DNA from: an uncultured Armatimonadetes bacterium
GTDB lineage: Bacteria; Armatimonadota; UBA5829; DTJY01
NCBI GenBank assembly: GCA_963717145.1
Contig: OY970325.1
Span: 1,632,001 to 1,696,000 of the forward strand
Direction: 5' to 3'
Length of the DNA stretch: 64,000 nt
Numbering within the stretch: position 1 is the first letter of the stretch; the number at the start of each line of letters is the position of its first letter. The translations under genes were made by a program, and so were the position numbers. Below the pieces are notes generated by a model, which worked only from the letters and a program-made list of their open reading frames with translations, made no database searches and had not been told where the DNA came from. Below are positions 10,342-21,043 of the stretch, one piece after another.

Positions 10342-11610
10342 CTACACCGCCTTCGCCTCGCCCTTCACCGAGTCGAATTCCATGACCCGGCCCTTCTGGT
10401 ACGAGTGGATGCCCATGTGGAGCGCGGTCATGATGTAGTTGCCGATCACCTCGTTGCTTCGAGGCTTCTGACGGCTCTTGACGCAATCGAGGAAATCGCG
10501 GAAGTGCTCCTCCAGCGAGTAACCTCTCTTTGCTTTGATCTCCTCGCGCTGTCCGCCCTGGACGACCGCTCCCTGCGGCTCGATGACGGCGCTTCCTCCG
10601 ATGTCGAGGCTGATCGTTCCCTTGTGCCCGCGAATAACCATCGGCAGGCCGGAGTTGTTCGCCAGAGAGCCGATCAGGAGGACCGACGGTCCGTTCGGGT
10701 ATTCCATCGTGATCGTGAAGATGTCGGGGATCTCGCGGCCATCCTTCAACTCGTACTGGCCGCCGGTCGCCGACACGCGCTTCGGGAACTCGAGTCCCAT
10801 CGTACGGATGAGCGGGGTCAATACGTGCGGGAAGAAGTCGGTCCCGACGCCGCCGGAGTAGTCCCAGAAGGATCGGAATGCGAAGAACCTCCCCGGATCC
10901 CACGGACGCTTCTTCGTCGAGCCGAGCCACATGTCCCAGTCGAGGTTCTTGGTCGGATCCGCCTGGCCGTCGTTGCTCTTGGGATCGTAGACTCCGATCG
11001 GACCGTTGCGCAGATCGGCCGCCTGCGCGTGGATCAGATTCCCGATGGCGCCGGCCTTGATCCGTTCGTGGGTCTCCTCCCAGATGCTCCCCGACATGAA
11101 CTGAGTTCCGACCTGCATCACCCGCTTGTTCCGCGCGATGGCCGCGACGATGTTCTGCGCCTCCTTGAGGTCGCGCCAGTGGGTCATCGGCTTTTCGCAG
11201 TAGACGTCCTTGCCCGAGTCGGCGGCGTCCACAGCCATGCGCGAGTGCCAGTGATCGGGTGACGCGATCGACACCGCGTCGATGTCCTTGCGCTCGAGAA
11301 TCCGGCGGTAATCCTTGTAGGGCTCTCCGCCGGTTCGAGCAACAGCGGCATCGAGGCGAACCTGATATACGTCGCTCACGGCGACGATATCGACCGGATA
11401 GCCGCCATTCTTCAGTCCGAGCAGGGCGCTGATATGGGCGTTCCCCATCCCACCACAACCGATCGTGGCGATCCTGATCCGCTCGTTCGGCGACGCCGAG
11501 GTCTCGGCGGCCTGCGCCACCGTGTTGGCCCCAAACAGTGCAACTCCACCGGCCACAGCGGCCGATCCCTTCAGAAACGTGCGTCGTGTGAGTCCTTCAT
11601 TAGGAGACAT
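10342..11610 (-). CDS. Gfo/Idh/MocA oxidoreductase with Tat signal
   Basis: TRRTFLK, IGCGGMG, PDHWH, YCEKP, LDWDMWLG. Confidence 0.92.
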   Translation of the reverse strand: MSPNEGLTRRTFLKGSAAVAGGVALFGANTVAQAAETSASPNERIRIATIGCGGMGNAHISALLGLKNGGYPVDIVAVSDVYQVRLDAAVARTGGEPYKDYRRILERKDIDAVSIASPDHWHSRMAVDAADSGKDVYCEKPMTHWRDLKEAQNIVAAIARNKRVMQVGTQFMSGSIWEETHERIKAGAIGNLIHAQAADLRNGPIGVYDPKSNDGQADPTKNLDWDMWLGSTKKRPWDPGRFFAFRSFWDYSGGVGTDFFPHVLTPLIRTMGLEFPKRVSATGGQYELKDGREIPDIFTITMEYPNGPSVLLIGSLANNSGLPMVIRGHKGTISLDIGGSAVIEPQGAVVQGGQREEIKAKRGYSLEEHFRDFLDCVKSRQKPRSNEVIGNYIMTALHMGIHSYQKGRVMEFDSVKGEAKAV

Positions 11611-11708
11611 TGCGATCCCTCTCTTCTGCTGCCGGCTCGTTCCCCGGCAGCGGTTGTCAATGGCATGGTTCTACCCGGACACGGCAAGTCCTGCTCTGCA
11701 TTCCCCGC

Positions 11709-14700
11709 TCACTGCCCCGGAAGTGCGGGCCAGAGCGTCGGCGGAGGCGCGGGCGGCGCCGTCAGCATCTTTATCCGGCCTTGGGCCTGCCGATCATCTT
11801 TCACCAGGGAGAGGAGTTCCTGCCAGCACTTCAGGGCCTCCTCGTTCTTTTTCAAGCGCTCGTAAATGAACGCTGACTGCCGAATGGCGTCGGTCTTCTG
11901 GTAGTCGTATCGGGCAACCTTCGTCAGCCTGGTGTAGGCGGACAGCGCCTTCTCATAGTTCGTGCTCTGCGCATAGGCGCCGGCAAGGCGGCTGAGGTGT
12001 TCCGCCGCGCTGGCCGGCGAGAGCTCAAGTGCGAGTTTGAACGCGGCCACCGCCTCGTCAGCCTTCTCGAACTTCAGAAAGACCTCCCCGCAGGATGCCG
12101 CAACGTCATCCTCTTTGATGCCGGCGGCGCGCGGCAACGGCATCTCGCCACGGGCGTACCGCATGAGTCCCCTTGCCATTTCGAGCGCCTTTTCCGACCC
12201 CTCGCTGTCGGCATAGTGATCCATGAGTTCCACCACGTGCCGGAGCCTGTTCGGCTCCAATGCGATCAGCCGTTCCAGTACTCTGACGTAGAGCTGACGA
12301 TACTCATGCCGATGGGAAAGCCTCTCACGGACCCAGTCGAGCTGCATCGGATCGCTCCAGGTCAGGGCAATGGCCTCGTCAGCGATCGGCATCGCTGAGG
12401 TGAAATCGCGCAACTCGGAGTACAGGTCCACCAGCAGCAGCCTGCAGCCCACGAGTTTCGGCTTGCCGGCCAGCGAAGATGCCAGCACCGTCGCCAAGTC
12501 CTTGCGCTTACCCTCCGGCGTCCGCCATCGGAAGTTCGCGACTGCGAGGCTTGGGCTCTCTAGCGAGTCGACTGCCTCCAGACGGATCATCTGAGCAATA
12601 GCTTTGTGCAGTTGACCGCCTTGCAGGTAGTATTCCACCAGACTCGTCAATGCACTGATGTACTGATGCTCCGGATTCGCACGGTCCACCTTCAGCAGCC
12701 AGCATCGCTCAGCGGATGCTGTGTCGCCGAGGTTCTCATAGCAGCGGATCAGGGCCATCAGCGTGTCGGGCCTGTAGATCTTCTTCGTTTCGGCCTGCTG
12801 GAGTTCGTCGGCCTTCAGGAACTGCACTACGGCGTCCTGCCATTGACCTGCGTTGGCATAGCCGACACCGAGAGCGCAGTAGAAGTCATCGTTCGCAGGC
12901 GCACGTGCAACAAGCCGGCGCAGCAGATCGAGCGCCTTGTCGTGGTCCCCTATGCGGCTGTAGGCTTCTGCGAGCGCGGCATAGTAGTAGGGCTGGTTGG
13001 GCGAAAGCTCCATGCCTTGCCGGAGTGCTTTCGCCGCCTCTGTGTAGTCCTTCGCTCGCACGTGAGCATCCCCCAGCCTTGCGTAGAGCGCGGCCTGATT
13101 CGGCCACGCCTCGATCAGGTCACGAAGCGCCGACACATACATACCGGGATCGAAGACGTTGTTGAAGCCAAGGTCCGGGCCCGCGAGTTCGATAAGCAGG
13201 TAGGCGAGGTCCGTGTCGGTCTTGTCGGACTTCCACATCCCATGCACCGTCTCAATTGCCTCGGGCATGACCTTCAGTGCGGTGAAGATGCGCCGCAGAG
13301 TCTGCCTCGGCGTTGACATGCGCCAGTGAATCGCCGATGGTGTTCTGTACGGCGACATGAACTCCCGGTACACTTCGAGAGCCCTGGGGACGGTGATGCC
13401 CTCCGCCATGTAGATGTCCGCCAGTTCGCCAAAAATGAGGTTGCCGTCACTCCCGGATCGATCGTCGGGCCGAGACATGTAGATCGCGGCGATCTCCTTC
13501 GCGCCCTCGTAATCCTTCGCTGACTTCAGCTCCCGCATCACACGGGAGATCGGACCACCCGACGCGGACTTCGCGAGTTGGCGATACGCCGCCATTGCGG
13601 CATCCGGCTCGTCCAGCCTGGCAAGCATAAGACCGTACTGGAAGAGCAGGTTCGAGGCGTTCGGCAGGCGCTTGGTCGCGGCCTCGACCGGGCCGCGCAG
13701 GGCGTCCAGGCACCTCCGCGACGGACACATGGCCTGGAGGTCCCGAGCCGCCTGATCGCACTCGTTTGCACCGCCGATAGCGAGTACCTCGAGGTAGAGC
13801 CGCTCGGCCCGATCGTTGTCACCCAGCCTCTCACAGACCTGAGCTATCTCGCAGAGGGGCACTTCGGTACGCTTCTTGATCAATGCACTGAACCTGTCGA
13901 ACTCCTCGAGCGCCTGTTTGTCCATTCCGATATCGCGGTACGCCCGGGCGATAGCCAACGACGCCTTCGTGTCGCTCGGCATGGTGCTTCGGACCTCCGC
14001 TACGTACTTCAGAGCGACCTCGGGCGTGCGCGGGTCCGAGGCAAGTTCGAGCAGTGTCAGGAGCAGACACCGCCTGGCAGCCGGCCTGGATGCGAGGGCG
14101 CGCTCGTAGTCACGGACAGCGGAGGCATTCGACCGGGGATCGCCCATTCCCGTCATGGAATGCGCGCGCGTATACAGAAGATCGGGGTCGTCCGGGCACT
14201 CCTCCAACGTGGCATCGAGCACCTCATTGTCGGTGGGATGGGTGACCACGAACACGTCGCGTGCGGGCTTGTACTCGAACAGCGACTCATCTACGCCCAC
14301 GTTAACACGGACACTGATCTCCGTAGAGTCGATGTTGTTGTCATCTCCACCATCCACTCGCCTGGTTCCGAATGGCAGCGATATGCCAGGCGCAACCTCG
14401 CGTATGTCGGTCGCCTCCACCTCGTAGGTCTCGTCCGGCCCGATGGCCGTATCGAAGACCATCAGCCCGCTCTCCGCGTCAACTCCGAACCGACATTTCG
14501 TCGCAGTGCGCGAGGGCTCCAGGGTTACCGACGGGATGACGAACCGATACTGCATCTCAGGACCGTCACCCCCAAGGGAGAGGAAGCCCGATTCAGGAGA
14601 CATCCCCGGCTGACCCGGCGGCGGCGCCCACTTGCCCGTTTCAGGTGGCTCGCAGGTCTCGGAGTCGTCCTCCCAATCGTACTGCATCATATAGACCGGA

Positions 14701-15368
14701 CGACCGTTCCACATCTCAGCGCCTATGCTGACCAGGTTAGGCGGCTTTCGGGCGTCCGGGTCCGCAAGGAACTGCAGTCCCCACCAGCCAGTCGCCGTGA
14801 CGATCGATGGATAGCGTGGAGGCACCAGACGCACCTGCTTCTCCACATGGCAAGTCTCAGGCCTCCATGACCATCGACACTGACCATCCTCCACGGAGAT
14901 GTCTTTCTGTACTTTGCCCTCGGAGAGATACTCGCTCTCGAGGCGCGATTCTCCGGTCGATCTCCCTGCCAATCGGGTGGTCAGGGTCTTGATTCCAGCC
15001 GAGTTCGGCCCGGCTTTGCGCTCCGTGATGACCTGGTAGTCTTTGATCCTCGAATACATCCCCCGCACCAGGCCGAGCACATGCTCCGGGGCTGCCTTCG
15101 GGTATACACGATAACCGGCGTCGGTCTTGACGAACGTCCCGCCGCACAGCCGGCTCACGACCTCGAGCGACTCCTCCAGCGGCACGTCGGAAAGCTTCGT
15201 GGTGACTCTCACATCGCTCGGGGCCGCGAGCGTGATCTTCTCGCCGGACTGCCGCGTGAGATCGGCGATCACCGCATCGACCGGCTTGTCTGTGCAGTTG
15301 ATGCTGACCTGCGCGGCTGAGAGCACGTTCCCGATGAGTACAAAGCAGACAATGAGTATGGCTCGCAT
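11709..15368 (-). CDS. Large exported protein: STN-like N-domain, LolA-like region, long TPR array
   Basis: GGAGG before MRAILIVCF signal peptide; VSINCTDKPVDAVIADL...VPLEESL; VNVGVDESLFEY; many TPR consensus helices. Confidence 0.75.
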   Translation of the reverse strand: MRAILIVCFVLIGNVLSAAQVSINCTDKPVDAVIADLTRQSGEKITLAAPSDVRVTTKLSDVPLEESLEVVSRLCGGTFVKTDAGYRVYPKAAPEHVLGLVRGMYSRIKDYQVITERKAGPNSAGIKTLTTRLAGRSTGESRLESEYLSEGKVQKDISVEDGQCRWSWRPETCHVEKQVRLVPPRYPSIVTATGWWGLQFLADPDARKPPNLVSIGAEMWNGRPVYMMQYDWEDDSETCEPPETGKWAPPPGQPGMSPESGFLSLGGDGPEMQYRFVIPSVTLEPSRTATKCRFGVDAESGLMVFDTAIGPDETYEVEATDIREVAPGISLPFGTRRVDGGDDNNIDSTEISVRVNVGVDESLFEYKPARDVFVVTHPTDNEVLDATLEECPDDPDLLYTRAHSMTGMGDPRSNASAVRDYERALASRPAARRCLLLTLLELASDPRTPEVALKYVAEVRSTMPSDTKASLAIARAYRDIGMDKQALEEFDRFSALIKKRTEVPLCEIAQVCERLGDNDRAERLYLEVLAIGGANECDQAARDLQAMCPSRRCLDALRGPVEAATKRLPNASNLLFQYGLMLARLDEPDAAMAAYRQLAKSASGGPISRVMRELKSAKDYEGAKEIAAIYMSRPDDRSGSDGNLIFGELADIYMAEGITVPRALEVYREFMSPYRTPSAIHWRMSTPRQTLRRIFTALKVMPEAIETVHGMWKSDKTDTDLAYLLIELAGPDLGFNNVFDPGMYVSALRDLIEAWPNQAALYARLGDAHVRAKDYTEAAKALRQGMELSPNQPYYYAALAEAYSRIGDHDKALDLLRRLVARAPANDDFYCALGVGYANAGQWQDAVVQFLKADELQQAETKKIYRPDTLMALIRCYENLGDTASAERCWLLKVDRANPEHQYISALTSLVEYYLQGGQLHKAIAQMIRLEAVDSLESPSLAVANFRWRTPEGKRKDLATVLASSLAGKPKLVGCRLLLVDLYSELRDFTSAMPIADEAIALTWSDPMQLDWVRERLSHRHEYRQLYVRVLERLIALEPNRLRHVVELMDHYADSEGSEKALEMARGLMRYARGEMPLPRAAGIKEDDVAASCGEVFLKFEKADEAVAAFKLALELSPASAAEHLSRLAGAYAQSTNYEKALSAYTRLTKVARYDYQKTDAIRQSAFIYERLKKNEEALKCWQELLSLVKDDRQAQGRIKMLTAPPAPPPTLWPALPGQ

Positions 15369-15589
15369 GTCGATCGCACCTCCGAGGGTCCGTCTCAATT
15401 GGGCATTGACGCTTCTGCTATTGGTAATCTTCACTATATGAGCGGGGAATCCTTCCACGCGCTCGTCTGGCAGGACACTACTCCCCGGATGCAGAACGTG
15501 TGGTCACAAACGGCCGAAACCCAACGTCTAAGGATTAGGAGTCGATCCCTCACTTGTGACCCCTGACTTCTCGATTCGGAGGAATACGC

Positions 15590-16543
15590 ATGGCAGGAAG
15601 CTCAGGCGTGACCCGCCAGCTATGGAAAGCGATCAGGCAGCTCAGCCCGGGGAAGGTGCTGAAGGAGTCCGAACAGCACTTCGCCCTCGCGGTTGTGGCG
15701 TCCGACTGCGACCAGGCCGAGGAGATGCGGGCCTTCCTACTCGGTCGGTCACCATCGCAAGAGGATACAGCTCGCCTGGCGGGGGTGCTGAGGCTCTATC
15801 TGACACCGGTGAGCGATGCCCAAGTTCGGGAGACCTCGCAGGAGGTCTCGATCGTGCTCGCATCTGTGGACGCTCACGAGGGGCTCGACCGCCTGGCAGC
15901 AAAGATGGCGGTATATCACCCCGAGGACCCCGCCGGATGCATCGACGCCATTCTCAACAGCGACGCGGGAGCGATGATGAGACTCTCGCTCGCCAGACAC
16001 GTTCCCGTCCTCCGACCGGAAGTCGCGCGGAGAATCGTGCGCCAGGTCGCTCTGGAGAACGCCACATTCGCGATAGGCACGGCGCTCGGTGATGTGGTCC
16101 CGAGCGTAATAGAGCCGATACTCGGAGTCGCCGAAGCCGTTGGTGACATCGTCGTGCTAACCGCCAATCAGGTGCGGATGACGTTCATGATCGCCGCCGG
16201 ATACGGGCAGAAAGTCGGGCTCGCGGCCCAGTGGAAGGAGATCTCCTCCATCATCGGGGCGGCGTTCACCTGGAGGGCAGTGGCACGGAACCTGGTGTCA
16301 AAGATCCCGTTCGGCGGCGGACTTGCGCCGAAGGGAGCGATCGCGTATGCGGGCACGTTCTCGATCGGCGAGGGGCTGGTGTACTACTACACGACTGGAC
16401 GCAAGATGACTCGCGAAGAAGCGGCGCGGACCTTCCGCTCGGCATTCTCCGGTTCGATGGAGAGAGTACGCGGGGTCGTGAACCGACTGAAGAAGAGCGC
16501 TGCCGCTGAGCCCTCAGGCGATAGCGATCTGGCTGCCGGATGA
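15590..16543 (+). CDS. Hypothetical protein with DUF697/EcsC-like C-terminal region
   Basis: GGAGG RBS; DIVVLTANQVRM..IAAGYG, IPFGGG..KGAIAYAGT..IG; overlaps the sbcC 3' end convergently. Confidence 0.7.
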   Translation: MAGSSGVTRQLWKAIRQLSPGKVLKESEQHFALAVVASDCDQAEEMRAFLLGRSPSQEDTARLAGVLRLYLTPVSDAQVRETSQEVSIVLASVDAHEGLDRLAAKMAVYHPEDPAGCIDAILNSDAGAMMRLSLARHVPVLRPEVARRIVRQVALENATFAIGTALGDVVPSVIEPILGVAEAVGDIVVLTANQVRMTFMIAAGYGQKVGLAAQWKEISSIIGAAFTWRAVARNLVSKIPFGGGLAPKGAIAYAGTFSIGEGLVYYYTTGRKMTREEAARTFRSAFSGSMERVRGVVNRLKKSAAAEPSGDSDLAAG

Positions 16544-19182
16544 ATCCTTAGTGACCTCAATGCGCGTCGGGAAGGCGTCCTTCAACTCATCGATGTGGGT
16601 GATGACGAGGATCTTCTCGAAGTCCTCCTGGATCGAGTTGATCGCATCGACGAGCTTCTCCCGCCCCTTGCCGTCCTGTGTGCCGAATCCCTCGTCGATG
16701 ATGAGCGTCTGAAGCCGCGCGCCGGCTCGGCGTGCGAGCAGCTTGGAGAGCGCGATCCGGAGAGCGAAGTTGACCCGGAACGCCTCCCCGCCGCTGTAAA
16801 GCTCATAGCTCCGAGTGCCCATCTCGTCGCTGATCTTGATATCTAGGGTCTCCGCCGTGCCGCCGGTCTTCTTGTCGCGGACGGTCTCGAAGCTGACCTG
16901 CATGGCATTGTCGGTCATGCGGGCAAGCAGGGAGTTGGCCTCGTCCTGGATCTCGGGGATCGCGTTCTCGATGATCAGCGCCTGAACGCCCTTCTTGCCG
17001 AACGCCGCGACGAGATCGGTGTAGACCTGTCTATCTTTCTTCGCCTGATCGAGTTCCTTGCGTCGGGCGGCGGTCTGCTTCCTGAGCAACTTGCACCGTT
17101 CGACCGACTGCTCCAGGCGCGCGATCCGACCGGTCAGTTCCCGGTCGTTCTCCCTGAGGGTCCGGAGCGATGCCGATGCCTGACTCAACTCCGACGCCAC
17201 CGCGGGTAGGTCGGTGATCGCCGTTTGCAGCTCCCGGACCGATCGCTCCGAGTCGGCGATCGACTTCCTTCGCGCGTCGATCAGATCGGCGATGCCCCGG
17301 AGGCTCGACTCGTCGGCGGGGAGATTCGCTTCGGCGGCCTTGAGGGTCGCGGCGAGCGCCTCGAACTGCCTCAGACCCTCGACCTCCGTCTTGAGCGCGC
17401 CATGTTTCGATTCATCGTACTGCAGTCCCCCGATCCGCGATTGGATCTCCTTGACCTGAACCCGCATGTCCCGCGCGTAGTCGTCCGATTCCAGCTTCTT
17501 GCCGAGATCCGCCAGCCGCTCGCGGAGTTGTGGCTCCGCCTTGCGGGACTCCTCGGCCTGAGAGACGATGTGCTCGGCCCTTGCCAGCCGGTTGCGCAGA
17601 TCGAGGCCATCGCTGAGCGCCTTTTCGAGCGAGTCCAACTCCGACTGAGCCGCGTCACGCCTGCGTTTGGCCTCAGCGCCGTCGAGCCTGACTTGCTTGA
17701 TGCGGCCCTCGGTCTCCTCGATCTGGCGGCGATAATCTGCAATCAGATGCTCGTGTTTGTCGTGGCCGAGTTCGCTCTTGCAGAGCGGGCATTCCGCGCC
17801 GGGCTGTGAGATCAGTTCGAGTTTCTCCTTGAGTTCAACGAGCGCCGTGCCGAGATGATCGTTCTCCGCCTTCAATCGACCCCACTGATCGGATATGCTG
17901 CCCAACTCGGCCTGGAGCGCGGTCCGCTTCAACGCCATCTCATCGAGCCTCGTTACCTCTGCTCGGAGCGATTCGATGTCCTTGACGGCAGCGGCGGCGG
18001 CATCCAGCCTCGCCTGCAGCTCGGACAGCTCGCGGGTCACCGAGGCGAGATCGGCCTCGATCCGATGTTTCTCCGTGGCGATCCCCTGCTCCAGGCGCGA
18101 TCTCTCGACCTCCAGCTTGCGGACTTCCTCCAGGCACTTCTCGAACCGGACGATCTGCTCGCGGGTATCCCTGAGGCGCGCGACACCCTCCACGATGCGT
18201 TCCTTGTCGACCAGGACCTCCCGTCCGCGGGCGACCCGCTGCTCCTGGTCGATGCGCTGGGAGTCGAGGTTGCGCACCTCGGTCTGCAAACCGGTAACTT
18301 GGGCCTCGATCTCCTTGACGCGTTTCGACTTGGCGTCGAGGTCGGCCTGCCGTGACTGGAGGTCGCGGACCTTCTCCTCGGCTTTCGACAACTCGGCTTC
18401 GAGGGTCTCGCGCTCGGCCTTCGCATTCTTGAGCCCCGACTTCCATTCGTCCTCGCGCGCGATCTCGCATTCGGACAGCTCGATCTCCCTGGTCAACTCG
18501 GTCACGCGGATGTCGGACTCGTTTCGGCGGTCCTTCGCCTTCTGCTCGAGGATGTCGTATCGGCTGAGATCGAGGATGTCGGCAAGGATGGTCTTCCGGT
18601 CCTTGACGCTCTTCTTGGTGAACTCATCCGCCCTGCCCTGCTGGATGTATGCCGAGTTGATGAACGTGTCGTAATCCATGTGGAGGATGCGCTGGATCTG
18701 CCGAGCCGTATCGCGAACACCCTGGCCCGTAAGGGAGCGCCAGGAGGGGGAGAGGGGGCGAGGGGGCGAGGGGGCGATATCCAGTTCCCCCTGCTCTTCT
18801 CCGTGTCCTCCGTGCCTCCGTGGTTCCCCATCCGGCTCTTCTCTGTGCTCTCTGTGACTCTGTGGTCCCCGCTCTCCGCGATGTAGATCTCCCAGAGGTT
18901 GCCGGAACTGCGCTTGCTCCGTGCTCGAATCACCCGGTAGAGATCGTTGTTCAGCTCGAAGTCGAAGGTGACGCGCATCTCATCCGCGCCGAGGCGGATC
19001 AGCTCGTCGGAGCCCGCGCGCGCCTGATCCCAGAGCACCCATGTGATCGCGTCGAGGATCGCCGACTTGCCGTTTCCGTTGTCGCCACACAGGCACGCGA
19101 GGTGGACGCCGGTCAGGTCGAGCGGCATGACGTTCTCGCCGTAGCTCATAAAGTTCTTCAGTTCGAGACGGATTGGAATCAT
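16514..19182 (-). CDS. sbcC: SbcC/Rad50 SMC ATPase (frameshift near 18750, inside an inserted repeat)
   Basis: GDNGNGKS Walker A, YIQQG Q-loop, CPLC zinc hook, YSGGE, IIDEGFG, VITH; split over ORFs 18502..19182 and 16514..18679. Confidence 0.93.
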
Positions 19183-19185
19183 GGT

Positions 19186-19629
19186 TTAGTGCCCGTCTTG
19201 ACCCTGACGGAGGAGTTCGATCAACTCATCTACTCCTCCCTGCAGATCGGTTGTAACAGCGAAGCGCTTCACCTTCGCACCATCTGCGAATCGGACCTCT
19301 ACCCAACCAGGTTCCCACCATTTCTTCTTCACTTGCCTGACATCCTGGATAGAGAACTCGCAGTATTTCCGGAATCTGAACAAAGACACCTGTCCGTCGC
19401 TAACTTCGACTGCAACTGGAAGCTCCTTGATGTGAAATCGCATGTAGTACAACGCCGCCAGAGATAGCAGGAGCGACAGCACCACTCCCACGAACCGGGA
19501 CATCTCTGGCAGGAACGTGGACGCACCCCACACATAGCCCACGAACGATCCCACAGCGATGAGATAGGGAAGCGATAGGTACACGACTGTCAGCCACAAC
19601 GGGTAGACGTACCGTCTGGTGGTTACCAT
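19186..19629 (-). CDS. Hypothetical two-TM membrane protein between sbcD and sbcC
   Basis: Two hydrophobic segments then a soluble domain; tight spacing to both neighbours. Confidence 0.7.
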   Translation of the reverse strand: MVTTRRYVYPLWLTVVYLSLPYLIAVGSFVGYVWGASTFLPEMSRFVGVVLSLLLSLAALYYMRFHIKELPVAVEVSDGQVSLFRFRKYCEFSIQDVRQVKKKWWEPGWVEVRFADGAKVKRFAVTTDLQGGVDELIELLRQGQDGH

Positions 19630-19633
19630 ATAG

Positions 19634-20872
19634 CTAGCTCACTCTCTCCTCCGCGAGGAGTTCCTGGATAAGCGGTTTCGCGTAGTCCAGCAGTTCGGAC
19701 TTCCGCTCGCCGAGGCCTTCCCTCGTGTCGAGATACATCTCCAGCGCCTGGGAGGGATCGAGGCCCTCGTTCAGGAGCTTGTTGCGCGTCAGTTGACGGT
19801 CGTCCTGGACATCACGCGTCAGGGAGACGACGAGGAACGCCTTCGAAAGCGCCTCCTTGATCTCCGACTCGCGGATCAGGTCGAGCTTCGAGCGCGGGAT
19901 GCGATAGATCAGCTTCACGACGGCATCGTCGATCTCACGCTCGCCGATCGCCTTCAATACCTTCTCGGTCGGGTCGTCCACGTCGGCATCCACCTCGATC
20001 TCGATGAACGGGCGCACATCGACGGGGACGTGCTCGTACTCCGCCGAGCCTTTGGTCAGATGCACCAGGACGAAGCCCTTCGGCTCGTCCTTCTCGCTGA
20101 AATCCATACGGTCGGTGCTGCCACAATAAACCACCGGCGGCTGAGCGCGCTTATTCAGGTCCTGAAACTTGTGGATATGCCCCATCGCCACGTAGTCGAA
20201 CTCGGGGCGGGCGACCGTGCTCACCAGCACCTCGGGCTCGGCAACGTTCAGGTACGCCGGTCGCGAGCCGACCTTCGCGTTCTTCAGCCAGAAATGCCCG
20301 AGCAGAACCGATGGGATGCCCGGCTCGAGCTTACTGATGAGGTACTCGACGTACTCGCCGTACTTCGCGACCATCAGGTCGGTGGTCTCCTCGATCGTCT
20401 TGCTCTTGGCCTCCTCGCGGGCGAGTACGTTGCTTCGAAGCAGATACGGCATCCCCGCGACCTGCACCGGACCGGCGGCGGTCTCGATGCGCAGCACCTC
20501 CGGCCGGCTGATGATGCTGACGTTCTCGACCCCGAGCGTGCCGTAGATCTCGAGGGCATTCGCGCGCGCCTTCGCGTTCGGGACATCGTGGTTGCCGGTG
20601 AGCATCACGACGGGGATGTGGGCCTGAGTCAGTCGCCGGATGCACGAGGCGAACTCGCGCTGATGGGTCTGGTTCGGATCGCGCGACTTATAGGCGTCGC
20701 CCGCAAAGAGCGCCAGGTGAACCCCGGCCTCCAGCGCCTTAGTGACACAGGCGTCGAGCGACTTCCTGAAGTCGAGCAGCCGGGTATTCAGCCCGGTCTC
20801 GGGATCCGGCTTGCCGTATGCCTCGATGCCAAAGTGGACATCGCCGAAGTGCATGATCTGGAGATGGTTCAT
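19634..20872 (-). CDS. sbcD: SbcD/Mre11 nuclease
   Basis: HFGDVHFG, FAGD, GNHD, GHIH metallophosphoesterase motifs; start uncertain. Confidence 0.94.
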   Translation of the reverse strand: MNHLQIMHFGDVHFGIEAYGKPDPETGLNTRLLDFRKSLDACVTKALEAGVHLALFAGDAYKSRDPNQTHQREFASCIRRLTQAHIPVVMLTGNHDVPNAKARANALEIYGTLGVENVSIISRPEVLRIETAAGPVQVAGMPYLLRSNVLAREEAKSKTIEETTDLMVAKYGEYVEYLISKLEPGIPSVLLGHFWLKNAKVGSRPAYLNVAEPEVLVSTVARPEFDYVAMGHIHKFQDLNKRAQPPVVYCGSTDRMDFSEKDEPKGFVLVHLTKGSAEYEHVPVDVRPFIEIEVDADVDDPTEKVLKAIGEREIDDAVVKLIYRIPRSKLDLIRESEIKEALSKAFLVVSLTRDVQDDRQLTRNKLLNEGLDPSQALEMYLDTREGLGERKSELLDYAKPLIQELLAEERVS

Positions 20873-20942
20873 GGTTGATGGTTCATGGTTGATGGGGAGC
20901 ATTCGGCCATCAGCCATCAACCATGAACCATTAACCATTCCC
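20864..20942. repeat. Heptamer-tandem inverted repeat
   Basis: atggttcatggttgatggttcatggttgatgg ... ccatcagccatcaaccatgaaccattaaccat. Confidence 0.85.
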
Positions 20943-21043
20943 CCGCATTCTCCCTGCAAACGGCTGAGGACGTTTACTCCCGGCGGCTCTCGGGGAACAC
21001 TCTTGCTGGTTCACTTCTTAGCCAAACATGCCCGCGAGGTCCC

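Noticed and set aside
15500-15532. ECF-like promoter (GTCACA...CGTCTA) before the 15590 gene
   Set aside because: Short single match with no independent support.
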